DNA of 64,000 nucleotides from Eledone cirrhosa. Lineage: Eukaryota. Location: the NCBI GenBank assembly GCA_964016885.1, contig OZ024755.1, positions 33,914,001-33,978,000 on the forward strand, read 5' to 3'. Under the pieces are notes generated by a model. It ran no database searches. It saw nothing but the letters and a program-made list of their open reading frames with translations, and was not told the DNA's origin. Positions 1 to 12,800 of this stretch are shown piece by piece (position 1 is the stretch's first letter; the number at the start of each line of letters is the position of its first letter). The position numbers were made by a program, and so were the translations under genes.

Positions 1-741
1 GATATACGCAGACTAGAGAGGAACGAAGCTTGCATGCTCCGCTGGATGTGTAACAGTAATATACGTGAACGGCAAAGCATAAACGAACTAAGGAATAAAT
101 TAGAGATAAGAGGGATCAGATGTTGTTTACTCGAGAGAAGGCTACGTTGGTATGGACACGTGATGCGCATGAAAGTCGATAGCTGTATAACAAAGTGCAG
201 GGCAATAAAGATAGACGGTAGTCACGGAATAGGCAGACCTAGAAAAACCTGGGACGAGCTGATAAACTCCGACATCACACACTTACACCTCTCCAAGACA
301 ATGTCACTGGACCGAGACCTTTGGCGGTACTCAGTAACAGAGAAGACCCGCCTTACCTAAATATATAGTAAAACCTACTCCAGCCAGTAGGCATCTCTAA
401 CAAATACACCCCGTCCCACCACCCCCACCCGATCCACACCCCCCCGTTCTATGTAAAGTTATGTTGGTGCCGCGCCATCGAGGCCGAAACAAATGAGATC
501 GTGTAGGTGTCACGACAAAAAAACACACAGTCCACGCTGTAATGTGGCCGTGTAGGCAACACGGTAAAAACCTCCCAGACCCACACTGTAAATGTGGTTG
601 GTGTTAGGAAGGGCATCCAACTGTAGAAAACCTGCCAGACAGTCCTATGCGAGCAAGACAATCACTCTTGCCTCAAGTGGGACTACCCCCGTCCAAACCC
701 ATGCAAGCGTGGAACACGGACGTTAAACGCTGATGATGATG
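1..741 (+). mobile_element. RTE-clade LINE 3' fragment (ORF C-terminus, 3' UTR, (TGA)n tail)
   Basis: ORF 34-360 has MLRW...RRLRWYGHVMR...GRPRKTW, typical of the RTE RT C-terminus. The 3' UTR ends in gatgatgat. Homologous pieces lie at 4597-4980, 20600-21137, 49130-49660 and 53980-54610. Confidence 0.9.
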
Positions 742-3118
742 ATATATATATATATATTCTTTTATTCTCTTACTGGTCTCACTCACGCATTGGATTACAA
801 CCATATTGGGGCTCCACCTTCAGAGGTTTTAGTTGATCATATAAACCCATTATATAGTCTAGTCTGGTACATATTTATTTCATCTATCTCCATTTATCAG
901 ATAGCTAAGTTATAGGAGGTAAAGAGTCTGGCAATTAAAGGAAAAAAGAATTCTACATAAGGTTAGTTGGGAGGTACTTGAAAAGCCAGACCTTATACCA
1001 ACAGTACAAAGAGATTGGTCTCTGCTTCAGTGGAAACTTTAGGATATTACAGAGTTTGTTGTCTCCAAATAATAATTATTTGAATTCTATGAACAAAATT
1101 TTTAGAGGATGTCTACATCTTAAAGACTTTTATTTTTCTACTACTCAACTCCATAGCTTAATAAATATCTCTATATTACATAACACCATACATCTACTAT
1201 ATTGCATTCACACTAACACATATACACCTACATTGATATTTCTAATTTACACCTTTGTTACACTACATTTTCATAAAGAAGCATTTAACATGTTATATTT
1301 TTTTTTATCAAACTCATCCAATCACCTGTTAGTAGGATAAAAACATGCCGTGTCCCCCTCATATGATGGTTGTGGTGGTATTGTGACAAAAAACAACTAG
1401 TCCATGCTGTAAGATGGTAGTTCTGGTGCCATGACAAAACACCCGGTCCATGCTTGGAGATGGTTGCTTCTGACAGGACCTACTGGAGGACTCTGCCCTC
1501 ATGACCCTCTCAAGACGAAGAAGAAGAAGAAGAAGAAGAAGAAGAAAAGATTCTAGAAAGGTGAAAGGTAATGTTGATCTTGGTAGAATTTGAACTCAGA
1601 ACATGTGAGCTTGTAAAGAACTGGAACCAATTCCATGTGGTTTTATCAACTGCAGAGATTACTGGTGATATGAGTTAATAATAAAATACCAATATATATC
1701 AACATATGCTGTTTCCAACAACTGATACACCAACTGTAAACACTAACTACAATGTCACTTTACAGACCCAGCAAACCTCTAAAAACCCTAATGGGGAGTA
1801 CCATTAAAAAATGTGCATGAAAATGGGGAGAAATGAGGCAAAATGATGAAATTTTGCACATTGAAAGATATTTCTCACTCACTCCAAAGTGAGTGGTATA
1901 TCTCCCCATCGGACAGGGAGAATTGACAGGTCCGCTGAAGGCAAGCAGTTAAATAGATGATTACAATTTGCACATTATCCATACAATTTAATGATAGCAC
2001 AATAAAACTTAGTGCCTGATTTACCATCGCGCTTAGGTGTGCTTAAGCCAGGAGGCCCATCTTCCTGCCAAAAAAATGTTTTACAACAAATTTTTCAAAG
2101 GTTTGGGCCCTAATAACTTACTAGCACAGGGCCACATTTGTCCTAAATCTGGCACTCTATGTATATACACATACATAATGTTCATACGTCCACATTCATA
2201 CATACATCCAGACACCTTTATGTAGTTATATCAGTACTATGCTGACATAACTACATAAAGAGGTTGTTTTCTCATTGCTGTTGTTGTGAGGAGAGTGTAA
2301 AAGCAAAGCCTGTCTATTCTAAGACTACAAATATCTTTGGCATGAAAAATAATATTAACCATAACATTTAGTTAATATGCAAGATTTGCATGTTTGTAAG
2401 TAGTGGTGAAAGATAATGTATACTATACTCTATGCGAGTAAAGATAGTTTGGAAATTAATAACAAAAGTTTATTGAATATAAACATACAAGTGTTATCAT
2501 TGTTTTCTTTGCTACAGTTATTAAATAGACAAGGAATCTTTACTTATTTCTTCCTCATCACTTTCTTATCAGAACCAATCATCTCCTTCCCTTGCCATTG
2601 CTTTTGAAATGTCACACTTTTGAAATTATCTCATGATCATTTCTATCTGAAAACCACTCCAAGACCTTATCAAAAGTGAATTTGGTGGCAACACTGGTTG
2701 TTCTTTCTTTATGTCACTAATGGAAATGACAGGAGTTAGCAGCAGAGGCATGTCTAGGGTATGGTAAGCATGGCACATGCCATTGGTGCCACTTGAAAGG
2801 GGGGCACTAACTTGACTAGGAGCATTTTCCATTAAAATCAGATAAGCTATCATCAGAAAGTGAAAAAAAAGAAGCTTCTTCAGATGTATAATCTGTCTTT
2901 GATTATCATGGGTGAGAACACTGTGGTGGCTGGACCATTAAACCATTTATATAAATTATTAGACCTCCATAGGTAAACATACAGTGCCGGGAACTACATG
3001 ATTACAGAGGGATACCTCATAGTATGACTTGTCAGATATTTTAAGAGAAATTTAATATTTGTCAAAGATTAGTATTACACAGATCACTCCCTTTAAATAC
3101 TCATTTGCCAATAAAATA

Positions 3119-3305
3119 ATTATTTCTACTTTAGGCACAAGGCCAGCAATTACCCAGTGCATTACTGGTACTTTATTTCATCGACCCCGTAAGGATGAAA
3201 GGCAAAGTCAACCTCGGCGGGATTTGAACTCAGATCGTAAAGGGATGTAACTATGATGGAGAGCATGGCGTCCGACCCTCTACTGATACTGCCAATCCAC
3301 TGCCA
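3119..3305 (-). mobile_element. tRNA-derived SINE family A (near full length); a second 5'-truncated copy follows at 3310-3426
   Basis: Reverse complement of the ~190 bp repeat GTGGATTGGCAGTATC-GGTAGAG (A box)...GAGTTCAAATCCC (B box)...TTTGCCTTTCATCCTTACGGGGTCGATAAAATAAAGTACCAG...GTAGAAACAATTA, seen more than 12 times in the window. Confidence 0.9.
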
Positions 3306-3537
3306 ATAAATAATTGCTTCTACTTTAGGCACAAGGCCAGCAATTACCCAGTGCATTACTGGTACTTTATTTTATCGACCCCGTAAGGATGAAAGGCAAA
3401 GTCAACCTCGGCGGGATTTGAACTCAATAAAATAATAGATGTTAACATATATTATGTTAACATCTATTATTTTAGCTTCTTTCTCATATATGGGAATATT
3501 CTTTAACAAAGTTATCTGTGTTCTAACTTTTGATGTA

Positions 3538-3584
3538 TACTCTGATGAATCCGGCGTTGTGCTTGGATGAAACGATCGTTAGTA
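3538..3584 (+). ncRNA. minimal type I hammerhead ribozyme motif
   Basis: TACT-CTGATGA-ATCC(12 nt loop)GGAT-GAAA-C-GATC-G-TT-AGTA. Core boxes intact; stem I TACT/AGTA; stem II ATCC/GGAT; 1-bp stem III with palindromic GAUC loop; GUU cleavage triplet. Confidence 0.7.
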
Positions 3585-3644
3585 ATTAAATGTTATTAAA
3601 CACTCTTTGGTTGGTATTTATAAAGTATATATATATATATATAT

Positions 3645-3812
3645 TGTGGGAGCCCCTGCATGGACACACTGGAAGAGGAAGACCAAGGTTAACGTATGTT
3701 GATGCCCTAAGGACAGACATTGGTCTGTTGGAGATGCAGGACATGGCAGTGATAATGAGGGACAGACACCGCTGGAGAGAACTCGTCCATGGATCTCAGG
3801 AATTTTACTCAC
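3645..3812 (+). mobile_element. RTE-like LINE 3' remnant
   Basis: Translates LWEPLHGHTGRGRPRLTYVDAL...MRDRHRWR, an RTE C-terminal motif; flanked by (TA)n. Confidence 0.75.
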
Positions 3813-3835
3813 CCTATATATATATATATATATAT

Positions 3836-4023
3836 AACGAAGGAAATGTGGTAAGGAACCAGGTGGACCATAACGCACCAAAGTACTCAATACTTAGGGT
3901 AGTAGAGTGGGTAATAGGAACAAGTAGGACCCCGGCGGCTGAGTTCAAGCCGTTTCGACGGCTAATTCGTCCAGAATTAGCCGTCGAAACGGCTTGAGCT
4001 CAGCCGTCGGGGTCCTACTTGTT

Positions 4024-4030
<7 letters not shown>
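3836..4030. mobile_element. fold-back element in (TA)n carrying a 3' half hammerhead (Penelope-like pLTR remnant, family 2)
   Basis: Inverted arms ~3917-3968 and ~3975-4027. GAAA-CGGCT-TGAGCTC-AGCCG-TC-GGGGTCC gives the GAAA box, stem III, GUC and a stem I strand. Homologues at 5670-5745 and 55703-55893. Confidence 0.7.
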
Positions 4031-4075
<45 letters not shown>

Positions 4076-4081
<6 letters not shown>

Positions 4082-4280
4082 GAAAGTGAATGAAATATAT
4101 TCATACACACAAAAGTGTGCATTAAGATATATCACAGCTTTGTTTTAATTTTTTATTAATTTTAATAAGATACTCAATGAATTATGTAATCTTACATTCA
4201 GTGCAGATTGTCTCTAGTTTTGATATATCTTAATGCACACTTATCTGTGTATGAATATATTTCATTCACTTTCTTATAAT
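4076..4280. repeat. inverted repeat (~58 bp arms) adjoining (TA)n
   Basis: ttataagaaagtgaatgaaatatattcatacac...attaagatatatca at 4076-4134 is the near-exact reverse complement of 4221-4280. Confidence 0.85.
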
Positions 4281-4531
4281 GGTTTCTTATATAGGCACCA
4301 AGGCCAGCAATTTTTGGGGAGGGGAAAGTCGATTAAATCGACCCCAGTACGTGACTGGTACTTTATTTTATCGACCCCGTAAGGATGAAAGGCAAAGTTA
4401 ACCTTGGCGGGTATAATGATTAAGGCTCGATTTTATTCTCTGAATTATATCTTGAGCTCTTTTTAGAGACAAGACATATGTTTGATTTTGTATCATTCAT
4501 GACACCCTTTACTTTGAAAGTAATAATAATA

Positions 4532-4592
<61 letters not shown>

Positions 4593-4596
4593 CATA

Positions 4597-4980
4597 CAGA
4601 AGACCCGCCTTGCCTATGTACAAAGCGAAACCTACAGTCAGTAGGCACTTCTTAAACATACACCCCAACCCCATCCTCCCACTCCCACCAACACCACCCT
4701 TTCTCTGTAAAGTTATGTTGGTACCACAACATTCAGTTCACAATAAATGAGATCGTGTAGGGGTCACGACAAAAAAAACACACAGTCCCCACTGCAAATG
4801 TGGTTGGTGTTAGGAAGGGCATCCAGCCATAGAAAACCTGCCAGATACAGCCCTATACGAGCGACACACGGTCACCCGACCAATCTTGCCTCAAGTGGGA
4901 CAATTCCCGTCTAGACCCATGCTTGCGTGGAAAATGGACGGTAAACGATGATGATGATGATGATGATAATGATGATGATG
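4597..4980 (+). mobile_element. RTE LINE 3' UTR fragment with (GAT)n tail
   Basis: Colinear with 340-741. Confidence 0.85.
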
Positions 4981-5591
4981 GTGTATTGAAGTCATTAGAA
5001 CATTAGATATAAAGCTTTATGGTATTCATTCAGTATCTCTACCCTGAATTCAAATCCGACTGAGGTCAACTTTGCATGTGAGTGTGTGTGTTCCCGTTTA
5101 TGTGTATGTAGCTTCCTTTCACCAAATTGGTCGAAATGCTTGGATTAATTAAGACTATTCTTTCCCTTATTTGCGTCACATGATCCGAGCATTCCGAAAG
5201 AAAGTGTTAGTCCTTTGTGAGGAGAGTCGCTTTTGAATCCCATTTTTTTCTCACTCCTCATATTCAAACCTTGAGAATATATAGATAACAAGGTCTAAAT
5301 ACAACGAAACAACAACAAAACCAAATAATAACTAAAGAGAATCAGATGGAGATGAATAAATAACATTCTGAAAATCTTATCTGATTGAAGTTTTACCAGA
5401 GGTAATATAACTGTTCTTTTAAATAGACATTAGAGAAACTATTCTCATAAAAGTAATTATTTCTTCTGTAAATATTTCAAAATGTATTTTACATTCAAGA
5501 ATTATCTCCACCTAATAATATGGATTTCTGTGTCTCTCTCTGTTTGTCTTTCAATGTATGAATGTGTGAGTGTACACACGGACACATACAC

Positions 5592-5648
<57 letters not shown>

Positions 5649-5928
5649 AATACATATATATATATATATATAGGAATGAGTAGGACCCCGACGGCTGAGC
5701 TAATTCTGGACGGCTAATTCCTTACCACATTTCCTTCGTTATATATATATATATATATATATACACTATAAATTATGTCCATAGAATCATTTGATAAGAT
5801 ATATACACCATTTCCTCTCCCAATCAGCATAATCAACCACACAAAAAAACAACTAAACCAGGCTATAAGATTAAAAGGCACCTATGAAGAAATAATAGAT
5901 AAATAAACGACAGCCATCTATTCGTGAT

Positions 5929-5993
<65 letters not shown>

Positions 5994-6935
5994 TGAGGTG
6001 TGTCAGAAAAGTTCCAGGATTGATGTCACAAAAGATTTATTTCAAACGCAAACTTCACACTAAGAGTTTTCTCCATCAAAGTAATCCCCCTGGAGTCTAA
6101 TGCACTTTTCTATCCTTTTCTACCACGCTTGCATGCACTCCTGGAAGGATTCTTCCAGGATCCTCCGCAGTTCCATCATCACAGCCTTTTTGATGTCGTC
6201 CACGTCTTCAAAACGGGTCCTCTCCAGGTTGTACTTGAAGATCCATGACTCATCACTAGTGATGACTGTCCCTAGCAAGTCTGGTTCGGTTTCAAGACGT
6301 TCGAGGATGTCCTGGCACACTTGCATGTGTCAACCCCTCTGGTCATCGTTCAGCAGTTTTGGCACATTCTTCATGCAGACTTTTTGCATGTCCAAATCTT
6401 CAGTGAGAATCTTCCAGATGCTGTCCCGATTCATGCCCAGCTCATTTGCCATCAGTCGAACAGTCAGCCAACGGTCGCTATGCACCATCTGCCTGATGCA
6501 CCCAACATTAACCTCAGTCATGGTTGTTGAGGGCCTTCCGCTCCTGGGGTCATCTTCCACGTCCTAGCGTCCTTCTTTAAACCTCTTGCACCACTCAAAA
6601 AACACGTGAGCGTGACATCGTCTCATCTCCATACACTTGCTGCAGCAATCCCAGTGCTTCTGATGGAGTTTTCAAGTTTGTTCGTTGCTCTGTGCTCATT
6701 GCTTGACGACCTGAAACAGAGGGCATCATCATCATCAACATCATATTACGTCCGCTCTTCCCTGGTTGCATGTATATAAAATTATGAAGAAAAAAATTTG
6801 ATCGCTGCAGAGGGCTAAGATTACAGTTACATACTCCAGGGGGATTACTTTGAAGGAAAAAACTCTTAGTGTGAAGTTTGGGTTTGAAATAAATCTTTTG
6901 TGACATCAGTCCTGGAACTTTTCTGACACACCTCG
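5994..6935 (-). mobile_element. internally deleted mariner transposon
   Basis: ~100 bp terminal inverted repeats (GAGGTGTGTCAGAAAAGTTCCAGGA...) with TA flanks. Minus-strand peptides EDDPRSGRPST, VPKLL and ITSDESW(I)F are mariner transposase motifs; frameshifted. Confidence 0.92.
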
Positions 6936-6966
6936 TATGTATATATATATATCTATATATATATAT

Positions 6967-7019
<53 letters not shown>

Positions 7020-7134
7020 TATATATATACAAACATATACACCCACATATATATATATACACACATATACATATATATATACACATATACACATATATAC
7101 ATACACACATATAAATATATATATATATATATAC

Positions 7135-7167
<33 letters not shown>

Positions 7168-7252
7168 CACATATATACACATATAGACATATATATACAC
7201 ATATATACACACACATATATACACATATATACATATATATACACATATATAT

Positions 7253-7301
<49 letters not shown>

Positions 7302-8428
7302 ACAGAGAAGATATAAAATATATTACATGTATTTCAATATATAACTAGATTTTATTTTCAAGTGTCACATCCTCTTAGCTCTAAACCTGAGTTTTTCTTT
7401 AACATTTATTCAGGCCTCTGCTTATCCTTTTGCATAATATATATTTACATATGTAGAGAGAGAGAGAGAGAAGGACAGACAAACAAACAGATCTGTGTGT
7501 GTAGATGTGTGTTTGTGCATATGGGTGCACATATACACACATGTTAATAACAACCATGAAAGAAGAAAATAACAAACGAACAGATTTGAAGTCAGTGTAT
7601 ATAATGACAAAAGCATAATGAGAATATTTGAAATTCATTCAACCCATATTACAAACAATGATATGCTGAAACAGGAAGACATATGCATATTTACATTTAT
7701 ATAGAAGCACATACATTAAAAAAATATTTAAACATTTATACATTTATACATTTATACAAAAATAGCACTCTACATTAGATCTTTGAGTAGGCGAATTTCG
7801 GAAGAATGGTTTATTTTTCGAATTTAGTTATTTCTGCTTCATGATTCGGGTAGAATTTGGACAAAGAACTTCTGCTATTGTTCTATGCTATTCTTAGTTG
7901 AAATTATTTAATTCATTTGCTTGCTATGCTTGACATTATTATGGTTTGATTCAATGTTTGTCATAGTTATGAAATAAAAGAAATCATTATAATTTGTATT
8001 GACATTAGGCACAGGAGAGGCTGAAAAAAGCTAGAGTGATAAATAAAATGTTTTTTTTTTCTGTATATCATGCGTTTCTGAACAATAACATTGTTGGTTA
8101 TAGGTTTCCATCGGGCTGCTTTTCGGGATATTGAGAGTCACAAAGGAGTGTTAGCCAACACCAGCATAATAAATACGAAGGGGTGTTTTGTTTGATGAAA
8201 CAATTTATTAGCAATTTCTCACTGATGTATATGGCTTTCATCAATACACACAGACACAAAAGGCATACCCATGCAAATATATGTATATATATATATACAT
8301 ATGTAGGAGGTGAGTTTTATTGTAGTACAAGAAAGCAATGCAGATATCGGATAAGTAGCACTCTACAGTTTGTAGGACTGGAGTATAAATAATATATAAG
8401 ATCAAAAGATGGTTAAAAGAGTTCCATG

Positions 8429-8499
8429 TATTTTATTATGCGCATTTCACAAACAAATATCATCATGCGATGATATTTGCGTTTTCATCAGATAAAATA
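8429..8499 (-). ncRNA. type I hammerhead ribozyme motif
   Basis: Minus strand: TATTTTAT-CTGATGA-long stem II (CAAATATCATC/GATGATATTTG)-GAAA-T-GCGC-A-TA-ATAAAATA. 8-bp stem I and palindromic GCGC loop III. Confidence 0.8.
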
Positions 8500-8562
8500 G
8501 GGAGACATGATTTAAAACTGCACTATTCACAAGTGTTTTTTAACCTTCATATCATGTCTCCC

Positions 8563-8633
8563 TATTTTATCTGATGAAAACGCAGATGTCATCGCATGAT
8601 GATATTTGTTTTTGAAATGCGCATAATAAAATA
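8563..8633 (+). ncRNA. type I hammerhead ribozyme motif
   Basis: TATTTTAT-CTGATGA-stem II-GAAA-T-GCGC-A-TA-ATAAAATA. Confidence 0.8.
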
Positions 8634-8898
8634 CATGGAACTCTTTTAACCATCTTTTGATCTTATATATTATATATACATATATACATATAAATATATA
8701 TATACACATATATACATATATATATACACACACATATATATATATACACATATATTAAAGAGTTAAACAAGATTCAATAAGTACATCAAAGAATGAGTTT
8801 TACAGTAGATTGGAAGCACTCTACAAAAAATAATTTTCCAGAGTTATTAATATTAAAATATAAATATTAATAAAATAGATGCTCTTTTGATCAATTAA

Positions 8899-8951
8899 AT
8901 TTTATTATACATATTTCAGAGGTACAACAGTACGTCCTCACCAGACAAAAT
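8899..8951 (-). ncRNA. degenerate hammerhead (CUGGUGA core), family 1
   Basis: Minus strand: ATTTTGT-CTGGTGA-GGACGTAC-TGTT-GTACCTCT-GAAA-T-ATGT-A-TA-ATAAAAT, with one core substitution. Confidence 0.55.
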
Positions 8952-10687
8952 ATAATGATACATGACATACCCTGAGATGTTAAATGGTTAAGATTTAACC
9001 AAGGTAGTGATTAACCTAAGAGAAAACTCAACATTTATACCCTAATAATGAGAAAATGCGAAAACGTAATAAATTCAATAGAGAATGTGTGAGTAAGAAA
9101 AACGTTAGTTTTTAGAGATTTTAAAATGTAAGCTACTACAAATTATGGTTATCTAGGAAAACATCTCATGAATTATAACTGTCCATGAGGGCCGCTGAAA
9201 GAGGATTTAAAGAGAGGGAAAGATAAAGGGGAGTAATATATGCAGAAAGATTTTTTTTCCCCAAAAGCTAAACGGTTAAGTTTCAAAATATTTAAGAATC
9301 AAGATTTTAGGTTTTTTTTTAAAGTTGCTGGTTATTTATATTTATTAATTTTATAAATTCTATAAGTGTGTTAACATTTCTAAACTTCTGAATTTTATGA
9401 GGATAAAATTTAACCAGCGAAAGGAAAATTTACACTGTTGAATATTTTCCTTTAACGATGATTACCTATATATTCTCGCCTCCTGTTACTGCACTTCACC
9501 CTACATCACTCTATTCCCAATATTCTACACCTGTACAGTCACTAGCAACATTGTACTACTACAGAGCTCTTCCTAGTAGGGAACATTTTTTATGTACATC
9601 ACAATTTATGGCCTTCTGCAAAGCTGAAGTGAGTAAATTCATTCAGATAAGCTAAGCTAACAATGCAGTTTATCGACTCTAAAGAACGAAGTCTATAGAA
9701 AATGAACACAACCACAAGGATATGGTCTGAAAGTGGAAGAGCTGAACTCCCACTGTCATCGCCTCCATCTCTCTCACCCTCCCCATCTTTCTGTATGGTG
9801 AGCAAATGGGGTCCCACGTGCTGGCCTCCCCACAGCCCCAGCGGATAGAATGGAGAAGGCGTTTCCTCCCTTAGCCACACCTAATCAGTTGTAGAAGAGA
9901 GCTTATACCAAAACGAAATATCTGAGTTCAGCTCTGTTACTATACCTTATCAATATAAGTTTCACAACCATGCTTCCACCTAGGAGAGCTGCAGTGAAGT
10001 TCACACAAGAACTGCCATGAACTCATATGACTAGCTTTTACCAACAGATAATACAACTTTTGAAATTGTTGCATCAATAAAAAAAATAGATATTTGGCTT
10101 CATTCAGCTACTTTTGCACGAGTGACATGCTAAGCTGAATGAGTATACAAAGTAGTAACTCATTTCTGCATGTTTTCTTCCTAATCCTGTCCATACGTAA
10201 TATTTAAAGATAAACATACATGCATATAGGCGATCCATCATCCAATTTTCTAAAAAAGTATATCATACACAAAACGCCAGCATCAACAGTTTTCCAAGAG
10301 ATGGCAACATGAATGAATCTGTTACTTTTCTCTAAAAAATGTTTTCCAATTACCCCTGTCACTCCCTTAAATCTTTCTGCTTGCTCATTCTTTCTTCTGA
10401 TGAAGGACTAGCATCTGGAACGTTAAGACCCTCTTCCTGCTGTTTCAAGTGTTAAACTAATATATTCCTTCCATATACTGTAACGTTTGTTATGTTATTT
10501 CTGTTTACCATGAAAATGAGGTTGGTGTTAGGAAGAGCATACAGCTGTAGAAATCAAGCCAAAATGAGTTCTGTATGGGCAAGACATGGTTACTTGATCT
10601 GGCATCACCCACAACAACCCACAGGACAACCCGTCTAATCCATGCTAGCATGGAAGAATGGACATGATGATGATATATATATCATAT

Positions 10688-11023
10688 GGAGGCACATGGT
10701 TTAGTGGTTAGAGCATTGGCTTTGCAATCGAAAGGTTGTGAGTTCAATTCTCAGACCGGGTGATGTGTTGTTTCCTTGAGCAAGACACTTTATTTCACAT
10801 TGCTCCAGTTTACTCAGCTGTAGAAATGAGATGATAGGGACTGGGGTCCCTATCATTCCACTGCAAAGTTGTTGTAGAAGTGCCACGGCAAAAAAGCACC
10901 CAGCACTCACTGTAAATGAGGTTGGTGTTAGGAAGGGCATCCAGCTGTAGAAATCAAGCCAGAATCAGTTCCCGTCCCACCCTTGCAAGCAGGGAAAAAG
11001 CGGACGTAAAATGCTGCTGATGA

Positions 11024-11026
<3 letters not shown>
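10688..11026 (+). mobile_element. tRNA-derived SINE family B with CORE-like centre and RTE-derived tail
   Basis: Head TGGTTTAGTGGTTAGAGCA...GAGTTCAATTC, then TCCTTGAGCAAGACACTT, then tail CCCACCCTTGCAAGCAGGGAAAAAGCGGACGTAAAATG-(ATG)n. Confidence 0.9.
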
Positions 11027-11056
<30 letters not shown>

Positions 11057-11059
<3 letters not shown>

Positions 11060-11158
11060 GGTGTCCCCAAAAATGTATACACACTTCAACAGCATTCTTA
11101 TAAACATTGACTGTACAGGTAATCAAAGTATGTATACGTTTTTTTGGGGGACACCCTG
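11057..11158. mobile_element. Tc1-type MITE
   Basis: Terminal inverted repeats CAGGGTGTCCCCAAAAATGTATACAC / GTATACGTTTTTTTGGGGGACACCCTG, followed by TA. Confidence 0.8.
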
Positions 11159-11715
11159 TATGAGAGACTGGGAGAGATGACCAGAAATGGTTAATTGTTG
11201 AGGTTCTGTTGTTAAAATGTCTGAAGGTAGGGGTGTCTGGTACTGTATGCAGAATACAGTTGTTTATTCATAAGCTCTAATATATATAAAGTGGGTATTT
11301 CCGCATTTAATCCTGGTAAAGGTTTCAGCATTATATGCTTTTTCAACGGCAGAAGTGCCGAGTGCAGTTAAATTGCATATTTATACGAATAATAATAAAA
11401 TGGAGAAGAAAAATTATTAGTTTTTACAAACATATTTAGAGAGGAAAGTTGATCTTTCTGTCCGAGGCTATCCTTCGTTCTCTGCTAGTTGACCAACAGA
11501 GGTGGTAGTAGTTTAAATTTTGACTGCTGCATATATACATATAAATACACACATATATATATATATATATACATATATACTTTCTTGCAAGTCTACATAT
11601 ATATATAAAAAAAAAAAAAAAAGGAACGATCGACTTTCGTCAAATCGGACCGAGGGAACAATGTTTCCGTTGGTCTTTCCAATTCCTAATACTATCTATC
11701 GGTCGCTATTCCAGG

Positions 11716-11840
11716 TAGAAGGAGCAATGTGAAATAAAGTGTCTTGCTCAAAGACATAACGCATCGCCTGGTCCAGGAATCGAACTCACAAACTTACGAT
11801 TGCGAATCCAATTCTCTAACCACTCAGCCACACGCCTTCA
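11716..11840 (-). mobile_element. tRNA-derived SINE head (family B-related)
   Basis: Minus strand GGCGTGTGGCTGAGTGGTTAGAG...GAGTTCGATTCC...TCTTTGAGCAAGACACTTTATTTCACATTGCTCC. Confidence 0.8.
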
Positions 11841-12800
11841 CCATATATATATAAACCATATAAATATATAACCCATATATATATAAACCATATATATATA
11901 AACCATATATATATAACCCATATATATATATAAACCATATATATATAAAAACCATATATATATAAACCATATATATAAACCATATATATAACCCATATAT
12001 ATATAAACCATATATATATAAACCATACATATAACCCATATATATATAAAACATATATATATAAACCATATATATATAAAACATATATATATAAACCATA
12101 TATATATAAACCATATATATATAAACCATATATATATAAACCATATATATATAAACCATATATATATAAACCATATATATATAAACCATATATATATAAA
12201 CCATATATATATAAACCATATATATATAAAACATATATATATAAACCATATATATATAAAACATATATATATAAACCATATATATATAAACCATATATAG
12301 ATAACCCATATATATATATAAACCATATATATATAAACCATATATATAACACATATATATATAAACCATATATATATAAACCATATATATATATAAAACA
12401 TATATATATAAACAATATATATATAAAACATATATATATATAAAACATATATATATAAACCATATATATATAAACCATATATATATAACACATATATATA
12501 TAAACCATATATAAATAACCCATATATATATAAACCATATATATATAAACCATATATATATAAACCATATATATATAAACCATATATAAATAACCCATAT
12601 ATATATAAACCATATATATATAAACCATATATATATAAACCATATATATATAAACCATATATATATAAACCATATATAAATAACCCATATATATATAAAC
12701 CATATATATATATCTCAACCATATATATATATATAAACCATATATATATAAACCATATATATATAAACCATATATATATAAACCATATATATATAAACCA
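11840..12800. repeat. 15-bp minisatellite (AAACCATATATATAT)n
   Basis: Tandem units directly visible; source of the spurious GLYIY/MVYIY ORFs. Confidence 0.95.

Larger units (their letters stand above)
8300..8668. mobile_element. fold-back element with two divergent hammerheads in (TA)n (Penelope-like inverted pLTR, family 1)
   Basis: Arms ~8392-8512 and ~8550-8668 are reverse complements. The left arm extends by a ~90 nt tail that contains TAGAGTGCTA on the minus strand. Confidence 0.8.

Noticed and set aside
9599-9880. 93-aa minus-strand ORF as a terminal exon
   Set aside because: No recognisable homology, and its phase 0 start does not fit the phase 1 end of the 15038 candidate.
10098-10142. 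Short hairpins as pre-miRNAs (also 27379-27417)
   Set aside because: Stems are only ~9-11 bp with poorly paired interiors, too short for a pre-miRNA.
10688-10760. tRNA genes at SINE heads
   Set aside because: The A/B boxes belong to multi-copy SINEs with attached bodies and tails; no complete cloverleaf with a terminator.
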